DNA of 64,000 bases from Pseudomonadota bacterium (GTDB taxonomy: Bacteria > Campylobacterota > Campylobacteria > Campylobacterales > Sulfurimonadaceae). Every line of letters starts with the position of its first letter. Within the stretch, counting starts at the first letter, position 1. A program made the position numbers and the translations under genes. The stretch covers positions 1-64,000 of the forward strand of contig JAZDQA010000012.1 in assembly GCA_043797085.1 (NCBI GenBank). The letters are read 5' to 3'. The notes beneath the pieces are model-generated. The model worked only from the letters and a program-made list of their open reading frames with translations, was not told the DNA's origin and ran no database searches. Positions 10,617 to 22,359 of this stretch are shown here, piece after piece.

Positions 10617-12431
10617 ATGTGTGGAATCGTAGGATACATCGGAACTAAACCCATAAAAGAAATACTCATAGACGGGCTTCGTGAACTCGAATACCGTGGT
10701 TACGATTCAGCAGGAATTGCTGTTTTGCAAAACCACCAGTTCTCTCTTTTCAAAGCCGTTGGAAAACTTATCAATCTTGAAGAAAAAGCACAGAAATTTG
10801 AAAGTACCGGCTTTTCAGTCGGCATCGGACATACTCGCTGGGCAACACACGGCAAACCAACTGAACTCAATGCTCACCCCCATGTAGGCTCTAGTTCCTA
10901 TGTGGTTCATAATGGAATTATCGAAAATTACCAAGAACTCAAAAGTAAGCTCATATCACACGGAGCACATTTTATTAGTCAAACCGACACGGAAGTCATC
11001 GTTCATCTCTTTGAATACCATCTCAAAACTGCCGCTAGTCCTTTTGAAGCATTCACAAAAACACTCGAAGAACTTGAAGGAGCGTATGCGATTTTACTCG
11101 TTACCGCCTCTGTTAATGACACAATCTTCTTTGCCAAACACGGTTCACCTATGATTGTTGGACGAAACCAAGAGAATGAAACTCTTTTTGGTTCATCTGA
11201 TGCAGCACTTATCGGAAAATGTCACGAAGTCATCTACCTCGAAGATGGCTATTATGGGACAGCGACAGCCGATAAAATTTCTCTTTACGATAAAAATAAC
11301 AATCCGGTTGATCTATGTTTTGCCCCTCTAAGTGAAAATAAACTCTCTGCTCAAAAAGATGGCTATCGCTTTTTTATGGAAAAAGAGATTTATGAACAAG
11401 GTACGGTTTTAGCCGATACACTTATGGGTCGATTGCACGATGAGACCGTTTATTTTGAAGAACTTGATTCTAAACTTTTTGATGGTATACACTCTATTAA
11501 ACTGTGTGCTTGCGGTACGAGCTATCATGCAGCATTGGTTGCGACCTATTTACTAGAGCGTCACGCAAAAATTCAAACCTCGGTAGAAATTGCCAGTGAA
11601 TTTCGATACCGTGAACCTCTTCTCACACCAGATACCCTTTTTGTCGTTATCAGTCAAAGCGGTGAAACTGCCGATACACTCGAATCACTTAAAATGGCAA
11701 AAAAAGCGGGACTTAAAACTCTCGTTATCTGTAACGTCGACAACTCCTCTATGGTACGTTTAGCGGATGCCAGTATCCTGACTCGTGCAGGAATCGAAAA
11801 AGGGGTTGCTTCGACTAAGGCTTTCGCAACTCAAGTAAGCGTTTTATGGATGCTTAGCCTCCATCTCGCAAGTGAGCGCTCAACCCTTCAAAAAAATGAA
11901 ATTGCTCGTCAAATCAAGCTTTTACGAACACTTCCTTCTGTTGTAACCGTTGACAATACCATACATGAACAGCTTCGTCGTATCTCAAAACGCTACCTGC
12001 ACGGACACGGTTTTTTCTTTATCGGACGAGATGTGTTCTTTCCTCTCGCTCTAGAGGGGGCACTAAAGCTCAAAGAAATTAGCTACCTTCATGCAGAAGG
12101 GTATCCAAGCGGAGAGATGAAGCACGGTCCTATCGCATTGGCTGATCCGGAACTCTTTACTATTGCCTTGCTTCCAGAGCATAAGCTTTACGATAAAACG
12201 AAAAGCAATGTAGAAGAGTTGAGTGCTCGCGATTCAACAATCTGCTCCATTAGTCCCCTTGACTTTGACAAAGCGGATGATCATATCCGAACACACGTTC
12301 ATGAAGATTATATGCTCGAGTTTTTTGAAATGATGGTGGTGCTGCAACTTCTCTCAATGGAGATTGCAGTTCGGCTAGGAAACGATGTTGATATGCCTCG
12401 AAATCTTGCTAAAAGTGTTACTGTTGAGTAA
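10617..12431 (+). CDS. glmS: Glutamine--fructose-6-phosphate transaminase
   Basis: MCGIVG, GHTRWATHG, SQSGETAD, PRNLAKSVTVE. Confidence 0.98.
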   Translation: MCGIVGYIGTKPIKEILIDGLRELEYRGYDSAGIAVLQNHQFSLFKAVGKLINLEEKAQKFESTGFSVGIGHTRWATHGKPTELNAHPHVGSSSYVVHNGIIENYQELKSKLISHGAHFISQTDTEVIVHLFEYHLKTAASPFEAFTKTLEELEGAYAILLVTASVNDTIFFAKHGSPMIVGRNQENETLFGSSDAALIGKCHEVIYLEDGYYGTATADKISLYDKNNNPVDLCFAPLSENKLSAQKDGYRFFMEKEIYEQGTVLADTLMGRLHDETVYFEELDSKLFDGIHSIKLCACGTSYHAALVATYLLERHAKIQTSVEIASEFRYREPLLTPDTLFVVISQSGETADTLESLKMAKKAGLKTLVICNVDNSSMVRLADASILTRAGIEKGVASTKAFATQVSVLWMLSLHLASERSTLQKNEIARQIKLLRTLPSVVTVDNTIHEQLRRISKRYLHGHGFFFIGRDVFFPLALEGALKLKEISYLHAEGYPSGEMKHGPIALADPELFTIALLPEHKLYDKTKSNVEELSARDSTICSISPLDFDKADDHIRTHVHEDYMLEFFEMMVVLQLLSMEIAVRLGNDVDMPRNLAKSVTVE

Positions 12432-12534
12432 CGCTTTACCACCTTTGTCTTATTTAAAATTCTTTTAATTCATATTTAGCTAAAGTAATGTGTTTATGTT
12501 AAAAATTTAAAAAAATTTATAAATAGGTTACCCC

Positions 12535-14376
12535 ATGAATACTAATCGAAGAATCCTTTTTATTGTTGCCCTTATGCTCATTGGTTTAGCTATTGCTACG
12601 ATTACCAATGTTGCTCTCAACTTTCGTGAGTATGGGTACAATAATGCCCTTGAAAAATCAAAAATGACGGCTAAAATCGTTCGTGATGGACTCACCGCAC
12701 ATATGGTCAATGGTATTATGGATAAGCGAGAATTTTTTCTCTCAAACATTGCGAACATCGAGGGGGTGCAAGCACTCTGGATTGTACGTGCGGATAACGT
12801 TATAGCGCAGCATGGCGGAGGATTGCAAAGCGAACGTCCTCGAGATGGAATCGATCAAAAAGTACTCAAAGAAGGGAAAATCATTAGTCAAGTTCATGAA
12901 GATTCTCAAACTGCTGTTTTGCGTGTTACCATTCCCTATATTGCGACTGCTTACGGAAGTCCAAACTGTTTAAGCTGCCATAATGCAAAAGAAGGGGATG
13001 TTCTAGGTGCTATCAGTATGGAATTTAACATCAATGACATTCGCCAAACCGGCGCGCTGACGATTGCAAAAATTTTCGCTATTAATGTCCTCTTTATATT
13101 TATTGCTCTTTGGGTCACTCACCACTATTTTAAACCCTATATGAAACTCTTTGAAAATCTTCAACAAGGAATAAAGCGAGCGCGAACCGGAGACTTTTCG
13201 TTCCGATTTTCCACAACGCTCAAAGATGGAGGAAATGAAGTTGCTGAGCAAATGAATACCTTATTTGAAAAAATGGATGAGACATTTGGTGGAATAAAAC
13301 ATGATTTAGGAACTTTTATGTCCCGTTCTAATATTTCATGTAGTGATCCTCTAAATACCGCAGGAACAATTATTAGAGAACTCTCCGATGTCTATAAATT
13401 CAAAAAAACTATTGAGCTGGACAATTCTAAAGATGAAATTTACAACCGCTTTATTTATATTCTAAAAGAAAAATTCCATTTTGATCACTTTGCATTTTAT
13501 GAAGTAGATAAAATAAGCAATACTCGTCGGCTAATCTTTATTACTGATCATTCAAGTTTTTGTGCGCCAATCGTTGATCAAGATGCAACAGAGTGTCGTG
13601 CTTATCGAACCCTTAGCGATGTCTACTCTACCGATTTTACAGATGTTTGCCGAAATTGTTCTGTTCATGATAAAGAATATACATGTGTCCCTTTTAATAT
13701 CAATGACGATTTAGCTCTTACCTTGTCTTATTCTACTAAAGACAAACATTCGATAGAACTCTTCAACCAGTTTCTACCTAGCATTAAAAACTATTTTGAA
13801 GCAGCAAAGGCTGTCATAGAGAGTCGTACGCTGACAGATAAACTGCGAGACTCGTCTTTGCGTGATGGTGCAACAAAACTCTACAATCGTCGTTTTATGG
13901 AAGAATTTATCGATAAAAGTGCAGAACAAGCGCTTCGATCCAATATTTCATATTCCATACTTATGATTGATATTGACTATTTCAAAATGGTTAATGATAC
14001 GTATGGGCATGATTCAGGGGACATTGTTATTAAATCACTCGCTGAGATTTTACAGTCAACCGTTCGTAAAGCTGATCTTCCTATTCGTTATGGCGGGGAA
14101 GAGTTCCTTGTTTTCTTGCACAATACAACAAGAGAAGGAGCTATGATTGTTGCCCAAAAAATTCGTACTCAGTTTGCGGCAAAAAAATATCACTTTGGAA
14201 ATGATACGGTAGAAAAAACATTGAGCGTTGGAGTAGCACACTTCCCAGCCGATGCCGACTCTATTTGGAAAGTTATTAAGTTCGCAGATATCGCTCTTTA
14301 TGAAGCGAAAAATTCTGGACGCAATCAGGCCATAGAATTTGAACCAAAGATGTTTAAAAGCGGAGATCAGTTTTAA
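12535..14376 (+). CDS. Membrane diguanylate cyclase with periplasmic c-heme (CXXCH) sensor, HAMP and Cys-rich GAF-like domain
   Basis: Two TM helices flanking CLSCH; DIDYFKMVNDTYGH, RKAD I-site, RYGGEEF active site. Confidence 0.92.
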   Translation: MNTNRRILFIVALMLIGLAIATITNVALNFREYGYNNALEKSKMTAKIVRDGLTAHMVNGIMDKREFFLSNIANIEGVQALWIVRADNVIAQHGGGLQSERPRDGIDQKVLKEGKIISQVHEDSQTAVLRVTIPYIATAYGSPNCLSCHNAKEGDVLGAISMEFNINDIRQTGALTIAKIFAINVLFIFIALWVTHHYFKPYMKLFENLQQGIKRARTGDFSFRFSTTLKDGGNEVAEQMNTLFEKMDETFGGIKHDLGTFMSRSNISCSDPLNTAGTIIRELSDVYKFKKTIELDNSKDEIYNRFIYILKEKFHFDHFAFYEVDKISNTRRLIFITDHSSFCAPIVDQDATECRAYRTLSDVYSTDFTDVCRNCSVHDKEYTCVPFNINDDLALTLSYSTKDKHSIELFNQFLPSIKNYFEAAKAVIESRTLTDKLRDSSLRDGATKLYNRRFMEEFIDKSAEQALRSNISYSILMIDIDYFKMVNDTYGHDSGDIVIKSLAEILQSTVRKADLPIRYGGEEFLVFLHNTTREGAMIVAQKIRTQFAAKKYHFGNDTVEKTLSVGVAHFPADADSIWKVIKFADIALYEAKNSGRNQAIEFEPKMFKSGDQF

Positions 14377-14392
14377 TAGCAATAGCTATTAA
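14373..14392. terminator. Short hairpin between the convergent GGDEF genes
   Basis: TTAATAGC-AATA-GCTATTAA; AT-rich, weak. Confidence 0.35.
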
Positions 14393-14424
14393 GACCCTCC
14401 TCTTCCTTACTCTAAATTTCATAG

Positions 14425-16227
14425 TTACACTTCTAACAGCCGCGTATGAAACTTGACACTCATATTCCCGCCATCTCTTTTTGCTTCCCTCATCGCTAAA
14501 CGTGCATAGTGAACACATTGGGCTATCTCTTTATGCTGGCGAGGAAATATTGAACTCCCGATACTCATTGTTACGATGAGTCCTCCTGGATGCGTTTTTA
14601 GCTTTTTATTTGCAAACAATGAACGTACTTTTTCACCCACACTCGCCACGTTGTCGGGATTACAATCATACAGTAAAACAACAAACTCATCTGAAGATGT
14701 GCGAACGATTAAATCACTTTCGCGTAAAGAATCAAGTAAAGATCGTCCTATAAGTGCCAATGTTTTATCTCCGGTTTTCACCCCAAAAACATTATTGATC
14801 TCAGAAAATCGATCGACATTCATCACTAAAACACCATAAGGGATTGCTGCTCGCTTAGACTCTTTTACAATCTGGAACATACGTTCTTCAAAATATCGTT
14901 GGTTAAACAGCCCACTAACAGTATCCATACGTTCCAATGATTTTATACCTTCAGACATCTGGTGGTATGCAATATCTTGACGTACACCTTGCATGGTTTC
15001 AGCAACAATATGTTTATTATAACGGACTGAATTTAGAAGATTTTTTTTGTCGCTTACGGTAGAAACGACCAGTGTTGATGTAGGTGTGATCACGCAGGGA
15101 AAACAAATATAGTGTTCATTTGGGATAATCATTTTAGGGCAAATTCCATCAGGCTGTGATGAATCAACAATTTCACCTGTTCGTGCGGCTCTGCACCCGC
15201 TTAATGCATCACACATTATTTGTTTGGTTTCATGGACAATTACACTCTCCTGCAAAAGTGGATCATAGGCAATAATATTCACATCATTAATGTCAAATTT
15301 TTCACAAAAATGAGATGCGATATGTTTATACACTTCTTGTGTATTGACATCTTTTTGAAGTGTTTGAGAAAAATTATTTATCTCACTAAGGCGTGCCGAC
15401 CCCTCACTTAGAGCTATCAGAGGATCCTTTGTCGTATCAAGACGAATAAGTCCTGACAAATTCTCTCTCATCGTCTCAAGCAATGTTTGAAATTTTTCGA
15501 CCAATCGATTCAACGAAGCAGCATCTTTGTCAGCAGAGAGCTCATCTGAAATACGTGCATGATAATCTCCCTCCTCCACCGCACGAGCACATTCACCCAT
15601 TGCATCAAAACGATCAAAATAGATGAGCACTTTACTGTAGAGAAAATATGCCAGTAATGCAAAGAAAAGAACCAAGAGAATTGCCGTAATGAGAATATTG
15701 CGATAATTAAGTGCTTTTAAATCATTGGTTTGCATTTCAAGTGAAATAACCCCCAACGTATCTCCCGCTTTAACATCATGACAGCTAAGGCAATCAATCT
15801 TCTCTCCTGAAGTTGCTTTGTAGGGAATCGATAGACGAACGGTTGCATCTTCTAAAATACTGCCTTTCGTCTCTATAACTGCTTCACCGCTTAATAAAAC
15901 TGATTTATCAATGCCATCTTGAGCATCTTGTGAAAACACCCCTTTCCCATATTGATGAGACACTTTTTGCGAACGAACGACCCATAGACGCTTCATTATT
16001 TCCAAAGATGATATTTGTTTTAAAAATTCATCCCGCTGATTCATTGTCCCTGAAATCATATGTGCCGTGAGCCCTGCTTCAATAACCTTAGCCGCTGATA
16101 ACGCTTGCATCTTGGCACTAACAGCTGAAGCGTTTCGCAAATCAGCAATGGTGTTCAAAAAAATAGCAGAGAATAGAATAAAGAGAGAAGAAAATAAAAG
16201 GAGAGAAATTTTTGTCTTTAAATGCAT
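14425..16227 (-). CDS. Degenerate GGDEF protein with periplasmic c-heme sensor (paralog of 12535-14376)
   Basis: Same architecture and CLSCH; active site RTSSDEF, first metal Asp replaced (MNVDRF), RESD I-site retained. Confidence 0.88.
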   Translation of the reverse strand: MHLKTKISLLLFSSLFILFSAIFLNTIADLRNASAVSAKMQALSAAKVIEAGLTAHMISGTMNQRDEFLKQISSLEIMKRLWVVRSQKVSHQYGKGVFSQDAQDGIDKSVLLSGEAVIETKGSILEDATVRLSIPYKATSGEKIDCLSCHDVKAGDTLGVISLEMQTNDLKALNYRNILITAILLVLFFALLAYFLYSKVLIYFDRFDAMGECARAVEEGDYHARISDELSADKDAASLNRLVEKFQTLLETMRENLSGLIRLDTTKDPLIALSEGSARLSEINNFSQTLQKDVNTQEVYKHIASHFCEKFDINDVNIIAYDPLLQESVIVHETKQIMCDALSGCRAARTGEIVDSSQPDGICPKMIIPNEHYICFPCVITPTSTLVVSTVSDKKNLLNSVRYNKHIVAETMQGVRQDIAYHQMSEGIKSLERMDTVSGLFNQRYFEERMFQIVKESKRAAIPYGVLVMNVDRFSEINNVFGVKTGDKTLALIGRSLLDSLRESDLIVRTSSDEFVVLLYDCNPDNVASVGEKVRSLFANKKLKTHPGGLIVTMSIGSSIFPRQHKEIAQCVHYARLAMREAKRDGGNMSVKFHTRLLEV

Positions 16228-16291
16228 TGAAAATACCCTTCATTAAGAAGGGTAGATTATAAACGTTTTAGAATAAATTTTGGGTAAAAGC

Positions 16292-17461
16292 TTAGTGGCA
16301 ACCGCAACCAGTTCCGCAGCTTTCACCGCTTGAGGCTTTGGGTGCAGGAGCTGCTGCCGTTGAACACGCAGATACACCCGGAGGAGTGTTGGGTTGAATG
16401 GCTTGGTTATCAACACCACCCTCTTCGTTGATTTTTTCAATCGTTGCCCATAGCTCTTGGGCTGCTTTCATATAACGTTTTGCGGTTTCAGATGTCGGAA
16501 CACAATACGTTACAGGTTTTCCTTCATCGCCACCTGTACGAATGGCTGGCTCGATAGGAATTTGTGCCAAGATCGTCGTATCAAATTGCTTAGCCATCGC
16601 TTCAGAAGTTCCTTTACCGAAGATGTCATACTCAACACCCGTATCCGGAGCGATAAAGCCAGACATATTTTCAATAACGCCGGCGATAGGGATATGCAGT
16701 TTTTTAAACATATCCAAGCTTCGGCGTGAATCATCCAGTGCTACCATTTGAGGAGTTGTCACCGTAACACCCACAGTAACAGGAACACTTTGTGCCAATG
16801 TAAGCTGTGCATCACCCGTACCCGGAGGCATATCGATGACTAAACAATCCAAATCTGACCACAAGATGTCGCGCAAGAACTGCTCGATTGCTTTCATAAT
16901 CATAGCACCGCGCCAAATGAGCGACTGCCCCTCTTCCATCAACGAACCCATAGACATAACTTCTACACCGTACGCTTTGATCGGAAGAACTTTGTTCCCC
17001 ACTACTTCAGGCTTGATTCCGTCAATACCCATCATGCGAGGAATATTCGGTCCATAAATATCAGCGTCCAACAACCCAACTTTTTTTCCTTGCATTGCAA
17101 GGGCAACTGCTAGATTGACCGAAGTTGTTGATTTACCAACACCACCCTTGCCAGAACTTACCATGATGAAATTTTTTACTTGAGGAGCAATATTTTTCCC
17201 CTTAGAAGAACTTTCACGTGGCATTTTCGGTGCTTGTACATTGATGACTATATCGCTGAAACCTGCAAGTTTTAACTCATCGGTAGCTTCGGTCGTGATT
17301 TGATGAGCCACTTCCGGCGCACTAGAGGTAATATCAACAAGAACGCTGACATTTTTTCCCTCAATCTTAATCTCTTTAACAAAACCAAACGCTACGATGT
17401 CTTTCGTAAACCCTGGGTATGTAACTTTGGATAATGCTGATTTAACAATTTCTTCTGTCAT
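16292..17461 (-). CDS. mrp: Mrp/ApbC (NBP35 family) Fe-S cluster carrier ATPase
   Basis: SGKGGVGKST, DADIYGPN, WRG, DMPPGTGD, ENMS. Confidence 0.95.
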   Translation of the reverse strand: MTEEIVKSALSKVTYPGFTKDIVAFGFVKEIKIEGKNVSVLVDITSSAPEVAHQITTEATDELKLAGFSDIVINVQAPKMPRESSSKGKNIAPQVKNFIMVSSGKGGVGKSTTSVNLAVALAMQGKKVGLLDADIYGPNIPRMMGIDGIKPEVVGNKVLPIKAYGVEVMSMGSLMEEGQSLIWRGAMIMKAIEQFLRDILWSDLDCLVIDMPPGTGDAQLTLAQSVPVTVGVTVTTPQMVALDDSRRSLDMFKKLHIPIAGVIENMSGFIAPDTGVEYDIFGKGTSEAMAKQFDTTILAQIPIEPAIRTGGDEGKPVTYCVPTSETAKRYMKAAQELWATIEKINEEGGVDNQAIQPNTPPGVSACSTAAAPAPKASSGESCGTGCGCH

Positions 17462-17493
17462 ATTTTTCTCCTTAATTTAGTATCAATAATATT

Positions 17494-17563
17494 CTCGTCA
17501 TCCTCGGGCTTGACCCGGGGATTCATCTTAAAAAAGCTAGATTCCCGCCTTCGCGGGAATGAC
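17494..17563. repeat. Inverted doublet of two REP-like palindromes between thiC and mrp
   Basis: CTCGTCATCCTCGGGCTTGACCCGGGGATTCATC followed by ATTCCCGCCTTCGCGGGAATGAC (GTCAT...ATGAC ends). Confidence 0.85.
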
Positions 17564-17564
17564 A

Positions 17565-18983
<1,419 letters not shown>

Positions 18984-19177
18984 TTATAAAGAAGACCCCC
19001 TAAAAGGGTCGTATCGGTTTCAATTTATATTAAAAATTTCAAGAATGTTTAGGGAAACATTATTTTTAGATGCTCTTTATTTCTCAATGATTTTGAGTAG
19101 AATTTATCACAAACAAGATAAAAAACAGCTTTTTATGTGTATACTTTCGTAACACTACCTATAAAACAGGATATAAA

Positions 19178-20299
19178 TTGTCTGATTTGACACTTATTCT
19201 ACTCGCAGCAGGTAATTCAAGCCGTTTTAAAGTCCCTGTCAAAAAACAGTGGCTTCGAATTGATCACGATCCGCTGTGGCTTTATGTTACTAACCGTATC
19301 ACTCATCTGGAATCTTTTGCAAAAGTAATCGTAGTTGGGCATCCAGATGAACTTTCATTTATGCAAAGTATATGCGATCATACGATTGTTGCCGGAGGAG
19401 ATAGCCGTCAACACTCGTTGCTCAATGCAATGAAGCACGTTGAAACGTCCCATGTGTTGGTTAGCGATATTGCACGTTCATGCGTTAGTTTTGAACTCAT
19501 ACAGCGTCTTATCAATGCAAAAAAACTCGCCGATTGCATCGTTCCGGCGCTGAGTGTCAATGACACCATACTCTATAATGATGAGACAATAAATCGTGAG
19601 CAGGTAAAACGAATTCAAACACCGCAGCTTTCCAAAACATCTATACTTATACAAGCATTAGAAACATCCGTCGAATACACCGATGAGAGCAGCGCGATTG
19701 TAGCTTTCGGCGGAACACGTCATCTCGTTGAAGGAGACATTCTAGCCGATAAAATAACCCATGTCAGCGATCTCTCCGCGCTCCAGTGTCTAAAATCTCC
19801 TTCAACCGCTATTTTTACCGGCAATGGTTTTGATGTGCATGGATTTGAAGAGGGGAAACCTATGGTGCTTGCTGGAGTAGAAATCGAGAGTCCGTTTGGA
19901 TTTCTAGCCCACAGTGATGGGGATGTTGCCATTCATGCTCTTATTGATGCGCTGCTGGGGGCTGCATGTCTAGGAGATATCGGGATGCTTTTCCCTGATA
20001 CAGACAACAGCTATAAAAATGCGGACTCTAAAGAATTGCTTGCGCAATGTGTTTTAAAACTGCATCAATTTGGTTTTGTCATCTTGCATGCAGATATTAC
20101 GATTATTGCCCAAACACCAAAAATTTCTTCCTACAAAGAGCAAATGCGCCGGACATTAAGTGCATTACTGCACCTGCCGCTCTCGCGACTGAACATTAAA
20201 GCCACCACAACCGAACATCTCGGTTTTATCGGACGAAAAGAAGGGGTAGGTGTTCTTGCAACCACTTCGTTATACTATTTTGATTGGAAAAACGGATGA
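19178..20299 (+). CDS. ispDF: Bifunctional MEP cytidylyltransferase / MECDP synthase
   Basis: LAAGNSSRF..KKQW; GNGFDVH, HSDGDVAIHA, KATTTEHLGF; TTG start. Confidence 0.95.
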   Translation: MSDLTLILLAAGNSSRFKVPVKKQWLRIDHDPLWLYVTNRITHLESFAKVIVVGHPDELSFMQSICDHTIVAGGDSRQHSLLNAMKHVETSHVLVSDIARSCVSFELIQRLINAKKLADCIVPALSVNDTILYNDETINREQVKRIQTPQLSKTSILIQALETSVEYTDESSAIVAFGGTRHLVEGDILADKITHVSDLSALQCLKSPSTAIFTGNGFDVHGFEEGKPMVLAGVEIESPFGFLAHSDGDVAIHALIDALLGAACLGDIGMLFPDTDNSYKNADSKELLAQCVLKLHQFGFVILHADITIIAQTPKISSYKEQMRRTLSALLHLPLSRLNIKATTTEHLGFIGRKEGVGVLATTSLYYFDWKNG

Positions 20300-21183
20300 A
20301 CGTCTTAATTATCGAAAATGAGATTTATCTCGCACAAAGTATCGCTTCTAAACTCAGCGATCTCAATCACAATTGTGATATTAGCAGCTCAACAAAAGAG
20401 GCTCTCAAGGGGACACCTTACGATGTCATTCTCCTCTCAACAAACATTAGCGGTCAAGACATTTATCCGGTTATCGAAGCGTACAAGGATGCTGTTGTTA
20501 TTTTGATGGTGTCGTACGTCAGCAATGATACCGTTTCAAAACCCCTTGCGGCAGGAGCGAAGGATTATATTCTCAAACCATTTATGATTGAAGAACTTAT
20601 CCGAAAAATTCAACATTTTCAAAATCACGAACGGCTTCGCCGCCAGAATCAGACCTATGAGCGTTATTTAGCTCATAGCTTTACAAGTGTGAAAATTGAT
20701 GAAGATTTTGATAAAACAGAACTTCCCCTCATGATTTGCAGCGGTTATCAAAAATATTCCGATGCCTTTGCGTTTGGATATGCTGAACATCATCGGAAAA
20801 ATCTTCAATTTATTTCTCTTAGTTCGCCTAAAGCACTCCATGAAATTGAACTTTTTTCCAATACGAATATCCTATATATTACCGATTTTCAAAATCTCAA
20901 AAAAAGTGATCATAAAACATTTTTTGAACTAATTGAAAAAAGTTCATGTATTATTTCCAGCACGGATCATGTTGAAAATGTCCCCTTCCGTATCATTGAG
21001 ATTGAAAGTGAAAGTCAACTTTTTGATCAAGGGGAGATTTTACCCATTGAAGATTACGTCAAATACATTATGACCAATTTTCAAAACCGTTTTCCGGATA
21101 CGGAACTCTCCAAAAAATTAGGTATTTCACGCAAAAGCTTATGGGAAAAGAGAAAGAAGTATGGCATCATCAAGAAAAAATAG
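20296..21183 (+). CDS. Atypical response regulator (pseudo-receiver plus C-terminal Fis-type HTH)
   Basis: REC fold with GAKDYILKPF; phospho-Asp position reads LLS; C-terminal ELSKKLGISRKSLWEK. Confidence 0.8.
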   Translation: MNVLIIENEIYLAQSIASKLSDLNHNCDISSSTKEALKGTPYDVILLSTNISGQDIYPVIEAYKDAVVILMVSYVSNDTVSKPLAAGAKDYILKPFMIEELIRKIQHFQNHERLRRQNQTYERYLAHSFTSVKIDEDFDKTELPLMICSGYQKYSDAFAFGYAEHHRKNLQFISLSSPKALHEIELFSNTNILYITDFQNLKKSDHKTFFELIEKSSCIISSTDHVENVPFRIIEIESESQLFDQGEILPIEDYVKYIMTNFQNRFPDTELSKKLGISRKSLWEKRKKYGIIKKK

Positions 21184-22351
21184 AGCTCTTTATATTGACC
21201 AAGAAGCATTAAGCGCACTCACCCTTCTAAAATCGGGAATGCTCTCTCCTGTCACACAACTCATGAACGCACACCAATGCATGGAAGTACTTCAAAGTGG
21301 GCTTTTTAATGGAACAACGTTTCCATTCCCACTCATTCTTTCGCCCAATGGTAAGACCAATGAAACTATTTTACTTAGTACCAAAAAGGGAGAAATTCTT
21401 AATTTGGTATGCGATAATGCAATAGTCGGAGAGATATGTGTTGATGAAGTTTTTCCTATCAACCCCATCGAACGCCTAAAACAAATTTACGGCACTGAAG
21501 ATCTTGCTCATCCTGGCGTAAGTGCCACCTACAAACGACTAGGAAAATATGCGCTTTGCGGGGAATATTCGGTAGACCTTTCCCCCATCGAAGCAATCCA
21601 ATCAAAAATCACAAAAGCTCAAGAACAAATTTCAGCTAAACACACAACCGCTATTTTCATGGCAGCCAACCCTCTTCACCGTGCTCACGAGCGTCTCATT
21701 CGTCAGAGCTTGGACAGGAGTGATTTAGTCGTTATTTTTCTCTTCAAACCCTACGCAAGCAGTGATCTTACTTACGAACTTCGACATGAAGTACTAGAAT
21801 TTTTTATCACCCATTACCTGCCACAAAGTCGCGTGATTGTTGTTCCACTGGAAAACAGCTATATTTTTGCGGGGAGCAATGAAGTCATACTCGATGCCAT
21901 TGTTGCTAAAAATTATGGGTGTGATCGTCTTATGATTGGGCAAAATCATGCCGGTATCGGTATGTATTACGATCGTAATGCCAATAAATCGGTTGTTGAT
22001 CGTCTGGTCGGTATTGACATCGAAGTGTGTATCGCCAGTGAATACGTTTATTGCAATCTGTGCAAAACGCTCGTTAGTATCCAAACCTGCCCGCATGGAC
22101 ATCATCACCATATTTCTTACAATTCCGAATCAATATTGGAGCTTATGAAACAAGGACTTCTCCCCCCTGCCGTCTTGGTTCGAAAAGAAATTTCTTCTCT
22201 AATCGTCTCAACGCTTCATCCAAACCGATTTAAAAATCTAGCCAAGCTTTATTATGACATTATGCCGACAAACGGGCTGCTTGAAGAACACAGCGAAAAA
22301 GATTTTTACGTCGAGCTAATGAATCTCTACCAAACTACTTCCCTAACCTAG
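21161..22351 (+). CDS. sat: Sulfate adenylyltransferase-like protein (divergent)
   Basis: NPLHRAHE, KNYGC, GQNHAG, CNLC..CPH Zn motif, HPGV. Confidence 0.75.
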   Translation: MASSRKNRALYIDQEALSALTLLKSGMLSPVTQLMNAHQCMEVLQSGLFNGTTFPFPLILSPNGKTNETILLSTKKGEILNLVCDNAIVGEICVDEVFPINPIERLKQIYGTEDLAHPGVSATYKRLGKYALCGEYSVDLSPIEAIQSKITKAQEQISAKHTTAIFMAANPLHRAHERLIRQSLDRSDLVVIFLFKPYASSDLTYELRHEVLEFFITHYLPQSRVIVVPLENSYIFAGSNEVILDAIVAKNYGCDRLMIGQNHAGIGMYYDRNANKSVVDRLVGIDIEVCIASEYVYCNLCKTLVSIQTCPHGHHHHISYNSESILELMKQGLLPPAVLVRKEISSLIVSTLHPNRFKNLAKLYYDIMPTNGLLEEHSEKDFYVELMNLYQTTSLT

Positions 22352-22359
22352 GAACCATT

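Noticed and set aside
10600..10620. glmS ribozyme
   Set aside because: glmS starts 3 nt after the glnD stop, leaving no leader
16292..16380. Cys-rich tail of Mrp (CGTGCGCH)
   Set aside because: Variable Cys-rich tails are common in this family; no evidence for a separate function
19096..19111. TGTGATAAATT half-site upstream of thiC/ispDF matching the 47852 box
   Set aside because: The second half (CTACT) does not match TCACA
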